From assembly GCA_963703435.1 (NCBI GenBank), contig CAVPEJ010000002.1:1179328-1243327 (forward strand): a DNA stretch of 64,000 bases, in the 5' to 3' direction. The notes under the pieces are model-generated. The model did not search any database and was not told the origin of the DNA. It saw nothing but the letters and a program-made list of their open reading frames with translations. A program made the position numbers and the translations under genes. This DNA is from an uncultured Thermoleophilia bacterium. Lineage in GTDB: Bacteria > Actinomycetota > Thermoleophilia > Gaiellales > Gaiellaceae. Positions 9,806-19,227 of the stretch are shown here, piece after piece; position 1 is the stretch's first letter; every line of letters begins with the position of its first letter.

Positions 9806-11883
9806 CGAGCCCGTCTCCCGACGTCGTCACTGTCACGATCGACGAGCGTCAGGTGCAGGTGCCGAAGGGGACCGGCCTCGTGGAGACCGCGCAGAGCGCC
9901 GGCATCGAGATTCCCATCTTCTGCTACGAGCCGCGGCTCGGTCCGGCCGTCGGCGCCTGCCGGATGTGCCTCGTCGAGGTCGAGGGCATGCCGAAGCTCC
10001 AGGCCGGGTGCACGCTCACCGCGCAGGACGGGATGGTCGTGCGCACGGCGCGCTCGTCTCAGGTCGCAGCGGAGGGCCAGAACGCGACGCTCGAGTTCAT
10101 CCTCGTCAATCACCCGCTCGACTGCCCGGTGTGCGACAAGGGCGGCGAGTGCCCGCTGCAGGATCTGACGTTCCGCTACGGGCCTGGTTCGACGCGCATG
10201 ATTTTCCCGAAGCGCACCTTCGAGAAGCCGATCCCGATCTCGCCGCTGATCGCGCTCGACCGCGAGCGGTGCATCCTCTGTTACCGCTGCACGCGCTTCA
10301 GCGAGCAGGTCGCCGAGGACGGCCAGCTCGTGGCGGTCAACCGAGGCTCGCAGTCGCTGATCGCGACGTTCGAGGACGAGCCATACCGCGGTCACTTCTC
10401 CGGCAACGTCACGGAGATCTGCCCGGTCGGCGCGCTCACCTCGACGCAGTACCGGTTCGAGGCGCGCCCGTGGGAGATCCAGAACGTCCCGACCGTCTGC
10501 GGACTGTGCCCCGTCGGCTGCAACATCACGGCGACCACCCGCGAGGGCAAGGTCAAGCGGATCCTGTCGCGGATCCATCCCGAGATCGACGAGGGCTGGC
10601 TCTGCGACAAGGGGCGGTTCGCCTACGAGCACCTGCAGGCCGACGACCGGATCACGACGCCCCTGCGCAAGACCGGGCCGCGTCGCTTCGAAGCGGTGTC
10701 GTGGGACGACGCCCTCGATGCCGTCGAACGGATGCTCCGCGACGCCGGCCCCTCGACGGTGACGGCACTCTCGGGCGGCGAGTCGGTCGAGGAGGCCTAC
10801 GGTCTCGCGAAGCTGCTCCGCCGGGGGCTCGGCGCGCACACTGCGCTGCTCCCCGAGACGGTTCCCGACGACCTCGACGCCACCCGCGCGCCGCTTTCGG
10901 CGCTGCGCGACGCGAAGACGATCGCGGTCCGGAGCGACACACCCGTGGTCGAACGCGCGCCGGTGGTCGACCTCTGGCTGAAGGCAGCGCGGCGCCGTGG
11001 TGCGAGGATCACCTACGGCGAGCCGGGCGACGCCGACGCCGTCGTCACCGACGATCCTGCACAGGCCGGCGGCGCACCGAACGTCTACTACTTGCCGCTC
11101 ACGCCGAACGGCCGCGGCGTCGCCGACGCCTGGAGCGCAGCCGCCGACGGCGAGCCGGTCGATGAGGAGCCGAAGCTGCTCGTCATCTCCGGCGACGAAG
11201 CGGCGCGGAATCCGGGCGTGCGTGCGCTCGCCGCCAAGACGCCCGTCGTGCTCGGGATCGGCATGTTCGAGGACAGCTTCCGCGGCTTCGTCGACTTCGT
11301 GCTGCCCGCGACGAGCTATCTGGAGCGCGACGGCACGACGGTGAACCTCGAGGGACGCCTGCAACGGCAGCGGCGCGCCGTCCTCGCGCCGGTCCCCGAC
11401 GTGCTCGCGTGGCTGGCCAAGCTCGCGAGCCGGTTCGGCGTCGAGCTCTCGCCGCACGCGCCGGTCGTCTTCGCCGAGGTTGCCGAGACCTGCTTCGGCG
11501 GCATCACGCTCGCCGACGTGGGCGAACGCGCCATGCTGCCGCCCCGGTCCGACCCGCCGCCCATCCGCAAAGCCGCGGCGAAGCGGCCCGCCGCGGCCGG
11601 CAAGGGCCTGCGTCTGGTCGCCTACCGTCCGCTCTTCTCGGGCGCGGCCGTCGAGCGCACCGCCGAGCTCGACTTCCAGCGGCCCGAGCCCGAGGTGTGG
11701 CTCTCGCCCCGCGACGCCCGTGCGCACAAGATCCGGGACGGCGCAGCCGTGACCGTCTCGTCGAACGGCACCTCCGTCGAGCTACGCGCCCGCGTCGCAC
11801 GCGACCTGGCGGCCGGCGCCGTGCGGATCGCCGAGGAGCACGCCGCCGATCTCCACGCGACCGTCGAGGTGAAGCCGCTATGA
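9802..11883 (+). CDS. nuoG: NADH-quinone oxidoreductase subunit G
   Basis: ATGA overlap with nuoF. Contains CYEPRLGPAVGACRMCLVEV, HPLDCPVCDKGGECPLQD and CILCYRCTRF. Length 693 aa. Confidence 0.93.
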   Translation: MTSPSPDVVTVTIDERQVQVPKGTGLVETAQSAGIEIPIFCYEPRLGPAVGACRMCLVEVEGMPKLQAGCTLTAQDGMVVRTARSSQVAAEGQNATLEFILVNHPLDCPVCDKGGECPLQDLTFRYGPGSTRMIFPKRTFEKPIPISPLIALDRERCILCYRCTRFSEQVAEDGQLVAVNRGSQSLIATFEDEPYRGHFSGNVTEICPVGALTSTQYRFEARPWEIQNVPTVCGLCPVGCNITATTREGKVKRILSRIHPEIDEGWLCDKGRFAYEHLQADDRITTPLRKTGPRRFEAVSWDDALDAVERMLRDAGPSTVTALSGGESVEEAYGLAKLLRRGLGAHTALLPETVPDDLDATRAPLSALRDAKTIAVRSDTPVVERAPVVDLWLKAARRRGARITYGEPGDADAVVTDDPAQAGGAPNVYYLPLTPNGRGVADAWSAAADGEPVDEEPKLLVISGDEAARNPGVRALAAKTPVVLGIGMFEDSFRGFVDFVLPATSYLERDGTTVNLEGRLQRQRRAVLAPVPDVLAWLAKLASRFGVELSPHAPVVFAEVAETCFGGITLADVGERAMLPPRSDPPPIRKAAAKRPAAAGKGLRLVAYRPLFSGAAVERTAELDFQRPEPEVWLSPRDARAHKIRDGAAVTVSSNGTSVELRARVARDLAAGAVRIAEEHAADLHATVEVKPL

Positions 11884-11953
11884 CCGCCCGGCGTAGGCTC
11901 GGCGGAGCCGCGACCCCGGCGGACGCGCCGGCTCTCCCGGCGCGGGAGCGGTC
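11881..11953 (+). repeat. degenerate + strand copy of the REP-like bipartite palindromic element, filling the nuoG-nuoH gap
   Basis: The layout is TGA, then a stem, then GTAGGCTCGGCGGA (11893-11906; 13/14 identical to the minus-strand copies). Next come hairpin CCGGCG-GACG-CGCCGG (11916-11931) and hairpin CTCCCG-GCG-CGGGAG (11934-11948), which contains the nuoH SD. Confidence 0.6.
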
Positions 11954-12952
11954 ATGAAGGAAGCCTGGTGGATCACGATTCCGAAGGCATTCGTCGTGAT
12001 CAACGTCGTGATGGTGTTCTTCGCGTTCACGACCTGGCTCGAGCGCAAGCTCCTCGGCCGGATGCAGCTGCGTTACGGCCCGAACCGCGCCGGCCCCAAG
12101 GGGCTGCTCGTGCCGATCGCCGACCTGCTGAAGCTGATCCGCAAGGAGGCGTTCTCGCCGAGCGCGGCCAAGGAGCCGCTCTACATCATCGCGCCGATCA
12201 TCTCGATGTTCACCGCGCTGGCCGCGTTCAGCGTCTTGCCGTTCGGCCAGGGCTGGACGGTGTGGGGGCACCGGATCGCAGGCGAGGTCGTCAACGTGCC
12301 GATCTCGCTGATCCTGGTGTTCGCGCTCGGCTCACTCGGGATCTACGGCTTCATCATCGGAGGCTGGGCCTCCGAGTCGAAGTACTCGATCCTCGGCTCG
12401 ATGCGCACCTGCGCGCAGCTCGTGTCGTACGAGGTCTCGCTCGCCCTGTCCGTGCTCGGTGTCGTGCTGATGGGGCAGTCGCTGAGCCTCGTCGACATCG
12501 TGAACAAACAGCAGGCGACGCTGTGGTTCTTCATCCCGCAGGCGGTCGGCCTCGCGGTGTTCCTGATCGGTGGCACCGCCGAGACTTCCCGCGCCCCCTT
12601 CGACCTGCCGGAGGCCGACACCGAGCTCGTCGCCGGCTACCACACGGAGTACTCCGGCATGCGCTGGGGCGTCTTCCAAGCCGCCGAGTACATCAACCTG
12701 CTCACGTTGTCGGGGCTCTGCGTGACGCTCTTCTTCGACGGCTACCACTTTCCGTGGGTGCACTCGCTCGACATCCTCGGGCCGATCTGGTTCGTGCTGA
12801 AGCTCTTCACGCTCGTCTGCATCTTCATCTGGCTGCGCGCCACCCAGCCGCGCCTTCGCTACGACCAGCTAATGCGCTTCGGCTGGAAGGTGCTCCTGCC
12901 CATCGCGACGCTGAATGCGCTGATCACCGCCGCGCTCGTGGTCGCTATCTAG
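11954..12952 (+). CDS. nuoH: NADH-quinone oxidoreductase subunit H
   Basis: Contains ERKLLGRMQLRYGPNRAGPKGLL. Polytopic membrane protein of 332 aa. Confidence 0.93.
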   Translation: MKEAWWITIPKAFVVINVVMVFFAFTTWLERKLLGRMQLRYGPNRAGPKGLLVPIADLLKLIRKEAFSPSAAKEPLYIIAPIISMFTALAAFSVLPFGQGWTVWGHRIAGEVVNVPISLILVFALGSLGIYGFIIGGWASESKYSILGSMRTCAQLVSYEVSLALSVLGVVLMGQSLSLVDIVNKQQATLWFFIPQAVGLAVFLIGGTAETSRAPFDLPEADTELVAGYHTEYSGMRWGVFQAAEYINLLTLSGLCVTLFFDGYHFPWVHSLDILGPIWFVLKLFTLVCIFIWLRATQPRLRYDQLMRFGWKVLLPIATLNALITAALVVAI

Positions 12953-12997
12953 TGCTCCGCCCAGCAACACATGCCCGGCGTCACCGGACGGAGCACT
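12951..12997 (+). promoter_or_regulatory. intercistronic stem-loop spanning the whole nuoH-nuoI spacer
   Basis: AGTGCTCCG (12951-12959, starting inside the TAG stop) pairs with CGGAGCACT (12989-12997, ending 1 nt before ATG 12999). An inner CCGG-CGTCA-CCGG hairpin is also present. Confidence 0.45.
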
Positions 12998-12998
12998 G

Positions 12999-13493
12999 AT
13001 GCCCGTCGTCCCGAACACGCTCAAGGGCTTCGGCGTCACGCTGAAGCAGATCTTCAAGAAGCCGATCACGCAGCAGTACCCCGAGTACAAGCGGCCGGTG
13101 TACCCGCGCTACCGCGGCCGCCATCTTCTGCACCGCTACGAGAACGGGCTCGAGAAGTGCGTGGGCTGTTCGCTCTGTGCGGCGGCCTGCCCGGCGGACT
13201 GCATCCGCGTGGTTGCGGCCGAGAACGACCCGAACAACCGCGTCTCCCCCGGCGAGCGCTACGCGCGCATCTACGAGATCAACTTGTCGCGCTGCATCTT
13301 CTGCGGCTACTGCGAGCTCGCCTGCCCGTTCGACGCGATCACGCTCGGCAACGACTTCGAGATCTCCGAGTACAACCGCGACGACCTCATCTACACGAAG
13401 GACATGCTGCTCGCCCCGCCCGTGAAGAGGGTGCCGGTCGCCGACCGCGACCTCTACGACACGCCGATCCCGTTCTACAAGGACAACTCGTAG
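12999..13493 (+). CDS. nuoI: NADH-quinone oxidoreductase subunit I
   Basis: Two ferredoxin motifs: CVGCSLCAAACP and CIFCGYCELACP. Confidence 0.93.
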   Translation: MPVVPNTLKGFGVTLKQIFKKPITQQYPEYKRPVYPRYRGRHLLHRYENGLEKCVGCSLCAAACPADCIRVVAAENDPNNRVSPGERYARIYEINLSRCIFCGYCELACPFDAITLGNDFEISEYNRDDLIYTKDMLLAPPVKRVPVADRDLYDTPIPFYKDNS

Positions 13494-14056
13494 TGGCGAA
13501 CTTCCTCGTCTGGGTCGTGTGGTTCGCGGCCGCGTTCGCGTGCCTCGCGAGTGCACTCGCCGTCGTCAGCTTTCGCAACCCGTTCTATTCGGCACTCTCG
13601 CTGATCGGGAACCTCGGCTCGCTCGCCGTCCTGTTCCTGCTGCTGTCGGGAGAGTTCGTCGCCGCCGGACAGGTCCTCGTCTACGGCGGTGCGGTGATGG
13701 TGATGTTCCTGTTCGTGATCGCTTACCTCGGCGACCGCACCGAGGAGTCGCCGTGGTCGGGCGGGCCGTCGTGGCAGGCGGTCGGCGCCGTCGCCGCGGG
13801 CGGCGCGCTGCTCGCCGAGGTGGTCGTCGTCGTCGGGCTCACGGCCGGCGACCTGCTTTCGCAGCCGAAGCACATCGGACGGTCGTTCGGATCGCCCGCC
13901 TCACTCGGCCGGCTGTTCCTGACCGACCACCTGCTCGCTTTCGAGGTGACGTCGATCGTCCTGCTCGTCTCCGCCGTCGGCGGCGTCGTGCTCGGAGCGC
14001 ACGCGCGCCGGATCGACCCGCTCGAACATCAGGACGGAGTCGATGCACGGACCTGA
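13493..14056 (+). CDS. nuoJ: NADH-quinone oxidoreductase subunit J
   Basis: Trimmed to GTG 13493, which shares 1 nt with the nuoI stop. Sequence begins VANFLVWVVWFAAAF...AAGQVLVYGGAVMVMFLFV. Confidence 0.85.
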   Translation: MANFLVWVVWFAAAFACLASALAVVSFRNPFYSALSLIGNLGSLAVLFLLLSGEFVAAGQVLVYGGAVMVMFLFVIAYLGDRTEESPWSGGPSWQAVGAVAAGGALLAEVVVVVGLTAGDLLSQPKHIGRSFGSPASLGRLFLTDHLLAFEVTSIVLLVSAVGGVVLGAHARRIDPLEHQDGVDART

Positions 14057-14351
14057 CATCCAGTGGTACGTCGTCCTCGCGGCGCTCCTGTTCTCGACCG
14101 GCGCGCTCGGCGTGCTGCTGCGCCGCAGCCCGCTGATCATCCTGCTCTCGGTCGAGATCATGCTCAACGCCGCGAACCTCCTCCTGATCGCGTTCGCGCG
14201 GCTCCACGGCCGCGAGGACGGCCAGATCTTCGCGATCTCCGTGATGGCCGTCGCCGCCTCGGAGGTCGTCGTCGGCCTCGGCCTGATCGTCGCCATGGGC
14301 CGCCGGAACGTCGAGCTCGACGTCGACAAGCTCCGGACGCTGAGGGGATAG
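14043..14351 (+). CDS. nuoK: NADH-quinone oxidoreductase subunit K
   Basis: 102 aa with three TM segments. Contains LSVEIMLNAANL and AASEVVVGLGLIV. Confidence 0.92.
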   Translation: MHGPDIQWYVVLAALLFSTGALGVLLRRSPLIILLSVEIMLNAANLLLIAFARLHGREDGQIFAISVMAVAASEVVVGLGLIVAMGRRNVELDVDKLRTLRG

Positions 14352-14357
14352 CCGATC

Positions 14358-16232
14358 GTGAACGTCGCCGCCTGGATCTGCCTTCTGCTGCCGCTCGCAT
14401 CGGCAACGGTGATCACGATCTCCGGCACTGCCATCTCACGGCGGACCGCGGGCTGGATCTCGACGACGACCACCTTCGGCGCGTTCGTCGCCGCCTGCGT
14501 CTGCTTCTTCGACCTGCTCGGCGAGCACGCGAGCGAGCGCACGCACGTCACGACGTCGTGGACGTGGCTCGCGGCGGGCCCGTATCACTTCGGCTTCTCC
14601 CTGCTCGTGGACCAGCTGAGCGTCCTGATGATGCTGATCGTCTCCGGCGTCGGAGGCCTGATCGTCGCCTACTCGCTCGGCTACATGGACGGCGAGGACG
14701 AAGAGCGGCGCTACTTCGCCTACATGTCGCTGTTCGTGTTCTCGATGCTGCTGCTCGTGCAGGGGGCGAACCTGCTGCTCCTGCTCGCGGGCTGGGGCAT
14801 GGTCGGCCTCTCGAGCTATCTGCTGATCGGCTTCCACCAGGACCGCCCGTCGGCGATCGCGGCCGCGAAGAAGGCGTTCGTAATGAACGCGTTCGGCGAC
14901 GCCACGTTCGCGCTCGCGCTGTTCCTGCTGATCCAGCACACGGGCTCGCTCGACTTCGGCCCGGTCTTCGCGGCAGCTCCGCACGGAGGGGCGATCGCCA
15001 ACCTGATCGCGCTCGGCCTGCTCGGCGGCGCGGTCGCGAAGAGCGCCCAGATCCCGCTGCACACCTGGCTGCCGGACGCGATGGAGGGCCCGACGCCGGT
15101 CAGCGCGCTCATTCACGCGGCCACGATGGTGACGGCGGGCGTGTATCTGATCGTGCGCTGTCACCCGCTCTTCGAGAACGCGTACGTCGTCGAGGACCTC
15201 GCGGCCGGGCTCGGCGCGGCGACCCTGCTGATGGCGGGCCTGATCGCGCTCGTGCAGGTCGACATCAAGCGCGTGATCGCCTACTCGACGATGTCGCAGA
15301 TCGGCTACATGTTCCTCGGCGCCGGGCTCGGTGCGTATCCGAACGCGATGTTCCATCTGCTGACGCACGCGTTCTTCAAGGCGCTCCTCTTCCTCGCCGC
15401 CGGCCTCGTGATCCACGCGGTCGCCGGAGAACAGGACATCCGCAGGCTCGCCGGAGTCGGAAAGCTGATGCCTCAGACCCGGGCGATGTTCGTCGCAGGC
15501 TCGCTCGCGCTCGTCGGCATCTTCCCGTTCGCCGGATTCTTCTCGAAGGACGCGATCCTCGCCGCCGCGCTGGATCGGGGCTGGTACGGGGTGGTGCTCT
15601 ACGTCGCCGGGATGATCGGCGCGCTGCTGACCGGTCTCTACACGTTCCGGCTCGTCTTCATCGTGTTCACCGGCGAGCCGTCCTCCTTCGTGCGCGAGCA
15701 CTACCACGCGCACCACGGCCAGGAAGGCCCGTTCTCGATGCGCGCGACGGTCGCCGTCCTCGCCGTCCTGTCGGCGGTCGCAGGCTTCTTGCAGTGGGCG
15801 CCGCTGTGGCATTTCCTCTCCACCTGGCTCGACCCGATCGAGCGCCCGCTCGCCGAGCCGACCCGCTGGCAGGAGTGGCTCTCCTCCGGGCTCGCGATCT
15901 CGCTCGGCCTCACCGGTGCGGCGATCGCGTGGTTGATCTACTCGGCGAAGCGCGTCCGGGCGCCGAAGGCGCTGACATTGTTCGAGCGGAAGTTCTACTG
16001 GGACGAGCTGTACGACCTGCTCTGGTACCGCAGCTCCGACCTGCTGGCGCGCGGTCTCGCCGCCTTCGTCGAGCGGCCGCTGATCGGCGGCTCGCTGGCA
16101 GCGCTCACCGGGGGACTCTCGCTCGGCGCGCGTGAGCTCAGCCGCGCCCAGACGGGCCTCGTCCGCTCCTACGCGCTCGCGCTCGCCGGCGGGCTCGCCG
16201 TCCTCGTCGTCGTCTTCCTCTCGGTGAGGTAA
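14358..16232 (+). CDS. nuoL: NADH-quinone oxidoreductase subunit L
   Basis: 624-aa antiporter-like subunit. Contains AKSAQIPLHTWLPDAMEGPTPVSALIHAATMV. Confidence 0.93.
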   Translation: MNVAAWICLLLPLASATVITISGTAISRRTAGWISTTTTFGAFVAACVCFFDLLGEHASERTHVTTSWTWLAAGPYHFGFSLLVDQLSVLMMLIVSGVGGLIVAYSLGYMDGEDEERRYFAYMSLFVFSMLLLVQGANLLLLLAGWGMVGLSSYLLIGFHQDRPSAIAAAKKAFVMNAFGDATFALALFLLIQHTGSLDFGPVFAAAPHGGAIANLIALGLLGGAVAKSAQIPLHTWLPDAMEGPTPVSALIHAATMVTAGVYLIVRCHPLFENAYVVEDLAAGLGAATLLMAGLIALVQVDIKRVIAYSTMSQIGYMFLGAGLGAYPNAMFHLLTHAFFKALLFLAAGLVIHAVAGEQDIRRLAGVGKLMPQTRAMFVAGSLALVGIFPFAGFFSKDAILAAALDRGWYGVVLYVAGMIGALLTGLYTFRLVFIVFTGEPSSFVREHYHAHHGQEGPFSMRATVAVLAVLSAVAGFLQWAPLWHFLSTWLDPIERPLAEPTRWQEWLSSGLAISLGLTGAAIAWLIYSAKRVRAPKALTLFERKFYWDELYDLLWYRSSDLLARGLAAFVERPLIGGSLAALTGGLSLGARELSRAQTGLVRSYALALAGGLAVLVVVFLSVR

Positions 16233-16267
16233 GCGCCATCCACTGGCTCACCACCATCCTGATCGTC

Positions 16268-17686
16268 GTGCCGCTGGCCGGCGCGCTGCTCGTGGCGATC
16301 GCGCCGCTCACCTCGTACTGGCTCGGGTCGCTGGCAGCTCTCGTGTCCCTGCTCGAGATCGGCGTCTGGGTCACCGCGGCCGGCAAGTTCGAGTTCGGCA
16401 ACCCCTCGCTGCAGCTCGACCAGCGGACGTCGTGGTTCAAGGACCTCCACGTCTCCTACCACGTCGGCCAGTACGCGTTCTCGCTGTGGCTCGTCGGGAT
16501 GACGGTGGTCGTCATGGCCGCGTGCGTGATCTACGGCTGGTGGGCCGGCCGCGACCGTGCGCGCGCGTACTTCGCCCTGATGCTCGTGCTCACCGGAGCG
16601 ATCGTCGGCGTCTTCACCGCGCAGGACCTGCTGCTCTTCTACGCCTTCTTCGAGGCGATGCTGATCCCGCTGTACGTCCTGATCGGCGTCTGGGGCGGCG
16701 CCGGGCGGCTCCGCGCGACGATCACGTTCGTCGTGTACACGGTCGTCGGCTCGCTGTTGATGCTCACCGCGATCATCGTCTACGGCCTGCAGCAGGGCAC
16801 GTTCGACCTGACGCGGATCGGCCAGAGCGGGTCGACGTGGCTGTTCCTCGGCTTCGTGGTCGCATTCGCGATCAAGTCGCCGCTCTTCCCGCTGCACGGC
16901 TGGCTGCCCGACGCGTACCGTGAGTCGCCGCCCGAGGTCTCGGCCGTCCTCTCCGGCGTGGTGTCGAAGGCGGGTCTCTACGGCCTCCTCCGGATCGCGA
17001 TCCCGAAGTTCCCCGGCCCGGTGCACGACTGGCGCGTCGTGCTGCTCGTGCTCGGCTCGGCGTCGCTCGTGTACGGGGCGCTGCTCGCGTTCAGGGCCCC
17101 CGACTTCCGCGGGGTCGTCATGTACTCGTCGCTCTCGCAGGCGGGCCTGATCGTGCTCGGCCTGTTCGCGAACAACGACCTCGGCTTCGACGGCGCCGTC
17201 CTGCAGATGGTCAACCACGGGCTCATCTCGGCGTCGCTGTTCCTGATCGCCGGCATGGTCGAGCGGCGCTGCTCGACCGGCGAGCTCCGCCTACTCGGCG
17301 GCATGGCGCGCGGGCGGCCGGCACTCGCCACCGTGGTGCTGATCGCAGGGGTGATCGGCCTCGCGGTACCGCTCTCCACCTCCTTCGCCGGGGAGTTCCT
17401 GATCCTGGCCGGCGTGTTCCAGCAGGGCTGGGCGTGGGCGGTGATCGGCGCGGCCGCGATCGTCCTCGCGGCGATGTACATGGTCCGCGCGATCTCGGGA
17501 GTCCTCCACCAGGACGTCGGCCCGGCGGTGCCCGACTCCGCCCTCGACCTGCGTCCCGGCGAGCTGGCGGTCGTCGTGCCGCTCCTGCTCTGCCTGCTCG
17601 GCCTCTCGGCCTGGCCCAACCTCGTCTCGGGCCATGCATTCGGGGCGGACCGCGCAACGAGCGCGATCGTGCAGGGGTTGCCGTGA
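16268..17686 (+). CDS. nuoM: NADH-quinone oxidoreductase subunit M
   Basis: Contains IKSPLFPLHGWLPDAYRESPPEVSAVLSG. GTG 16268 is the first canonical start, but the upstream in-frame sequence IHWLTTILIV looks like a native N-terminus (see findings). Confidence 0.9.
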   Translation: MPLAGALLVAIAPLTSYWLGSLAALVSLLEIGVWVTAAGKFEFGNPSLQLDQRTSWFKDLHVSYHVGQYAFSLWLVGMTVVVMAACVIYGWWAGRDRARAYFALMLVLTGAIVGVFTAQDLLLFYAFFEAMLIPLYVLIGVWGGAGRLRATITFVVYTVVGSLLMLTAIIVYGLQQGTFDLTRIGQSGSTWLFLGFVVAFAIKSPLFPLHGWLPDAYRESPPEVSAVLSGVVSKAGLYGLLRIAIPKFPGPVHDWRVVLLVLGSASLVYGALLAFRAPDFRGVVMYSSLSQAGLIVLGLFANNDLGFDGAVLQMVNHGLISASLFLIAGMVERRCSTGELRLLGGMARGRPALATVVLIAGVIGLAVPLSTSFAGEFLILAGVFQQGWAWAVIGAAAIVLAAMYMVRAISGVLHQDVGPAVPDSALDLRPGELAVVVPLLLCLLGLSAWPNLVSGHAFGADRATSAIVQGLP

Positions 17687-19158
17687 TCGCGGCGATCGCG
17701 ACGCCCCACGTCGACTGGCTCGCGCTGTCGCCGTCGCTGGCGCTGCTCGGCGCCGCGGGCCTGCTGCTGATGACCGCCGTCTTCGTGCCCCGCCGCGCGC
17801 GCAAGCTCGTGTCGGCGGCAACGGGCTTCGGCGGCTTCGCCGGGGCGTTCGCGCTCGCGGTCGTCGTTGCCTCCCGCACCGACCACGGCGCCGCGATCAT
17901 TCGCGACTCGATCTTCCGCGACCGGTACGCCGCGCTCGCCCAGGTACTGATCGCGGGCTGCGGCGCGATCACCGTGCTGATCAGCTACGGCGAGCGCTGG
18001 AGCGACGAACACGTTTCCGAGTACTACGCGCTGCTGGCCGCAGCGGGCGCCGGGATGATGTTCTTCGTCCAGGCGTCGAACCTGATGACGCTCTTCCTGG
18101 GCCTCGAGTGGTTCTCGATCGCGCTCTACGTGCTCTGCGCGATCGACATCGACCTGATCGGGTCGCTCGAGGCGGGCCTCAAGTACCTGATCGTCGGTGC
18201 AGTCGGTTCCGCGACTCTGCTGTTCGGCTCGGCGCTCGTGTACGGCATCACCGGCGAGCTCTCGTTCGACCGGATCGCGGCGGCCGGCCACACCCACGAG
18301 GCGATGCTCGTCGTCGGCCTGGCGATGATCATCGTCGGCCTGGCCTTCAAGTCGTCGGCGGCGCCGTTCCACATGTGGACGCCCGACGCCTACCAGGGCG
18401 CCCCAACGCCGGTGACGGCGTTCATGTCGTCGGCGACGAAGGTCACCGCGCTCGTCGTCACCTACCGCCTGCTCGAGACCGCCTTCCCCGACGACCAGCA
18501 TCTCTGGCGCTGGGCGATCGCGGTGATCGCGTGCCTGTCGCTGGCCTGGGGCAACATCGCCGCGCTCGTGCAGCGGAACGTGAAGCGCATCCTCGCGTAC
18601 TCGTCCGTCTCGCACGCCGGCTTCATGCTGATCGCGGTTGCGGCGGCGAGCTCGCTCGGCGTGCGCGCGTTGTTCTTCTACCTGATCCCGTACGCAGCGA
18701 TGTCTCTCGGCGCGTTCGCCGTCGTCGCCGCGCGCGAGCGCGAGCTCGGCGCCCCCGTGACGCTCGACAACCTCGCCGGCCTCGGCTGGGAGCGCCCGTT
18801 CCTCGGCATCTCGATGTGGGTGTTCATGCTCGGAATGCTCGGCTTTCCCTTGACCGGCGGGTTCATCGGCAAGTTCTACGTCTTCGCCGCCGCGTACGAC
18901 CACGGCTTCTGGTGGCTGATCGTCGCGGGCGTGATCGGGACGATGATCTCGGCGTACTACTACCTCGGGGTCGTCCGGGCGATGTACTTCCGCGATTCCT
19001 CCGAGCTGCAGCTCGCGCCCGCGGGAGGCTCGCCGCCCCGCGAGGTCGTCCTGAGCGCAGGCGTGGTGCTCTGCCTGGTCGTGACGGTCGGCTCGTTCTT
19101 CGCGGTGCAGCCGCTGATCGACGTCGCGCGCTCGGCGGCGCGGACATTGCCGTTCTAG
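17683..19158 (+). CDS. nuoN: NADH-quinone oxidoreductase subunit N
   Basis: GTG 17683 forms a GTGA overlap with nuoM. Contains FKSSAAPFHMWTPDAYQGAPTPVTAFMS. Confidence 0.9.
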   Translation: MIAAIATPHVDWLALSPSLALLGAAGLLLMTAVFVPRRARKLVSAATGFGGFAGAFALAVVVASRTDHGAAIIRDSIFRDRYAALAQVLIAGCGAITVLISYGERWSDEHVSEYYALLAAAGAGMMFFVQASNLMTLFLGLEWFSIALYVLCAIDIDLIGSLEAGLKYLIVGAVGSATLLFGSALVYGITGELSFDRIAAAGHTHEAMLVVGLAMIIVGLAFKSSAAPFHMWTPDAYQGAPTPVTAFMSSATKVTALVVTYRLLETAFPDDQHLWRWAIAVIACLSLAWGNIAALVQRNVKRILAYSSVSHAGFMLIAVAAASSLGVRALFFYLIPYAAMSLGAFAVVAARERELGAPVTLDNLAGLGWERPFLGISMWVFMLGMLGFPLTGGFIGKFYVFAAAYDHGFWWLIVAGVIGTMISAYYYLGVVRAMYFRDSSELQLAPAGGSPPREVVLSAGVVLCLVVTVGSFFAVQPLIDVARSAARTLPF

Positions 19159-19227
19159 CGGCAGCAGCCTCGCTCTCAGCCCGAACGGTCCTTCTATGCT
19201 CACCCGGTCCGCGACGGAAGGATCGAT

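Noticed and set aside
6704-11727. Long minus-strand ORFs (6704-8239, 8369-9799, 9673-11727) and out-of-frame + ORFs across the nuo operon.
   Set aside because: They lie antisense to, or out of frame with, nuoD/E/F/G, which carry unmistakable cofactor motifs. Their translations are Arg/Asp/Pro-rich with no motifs.
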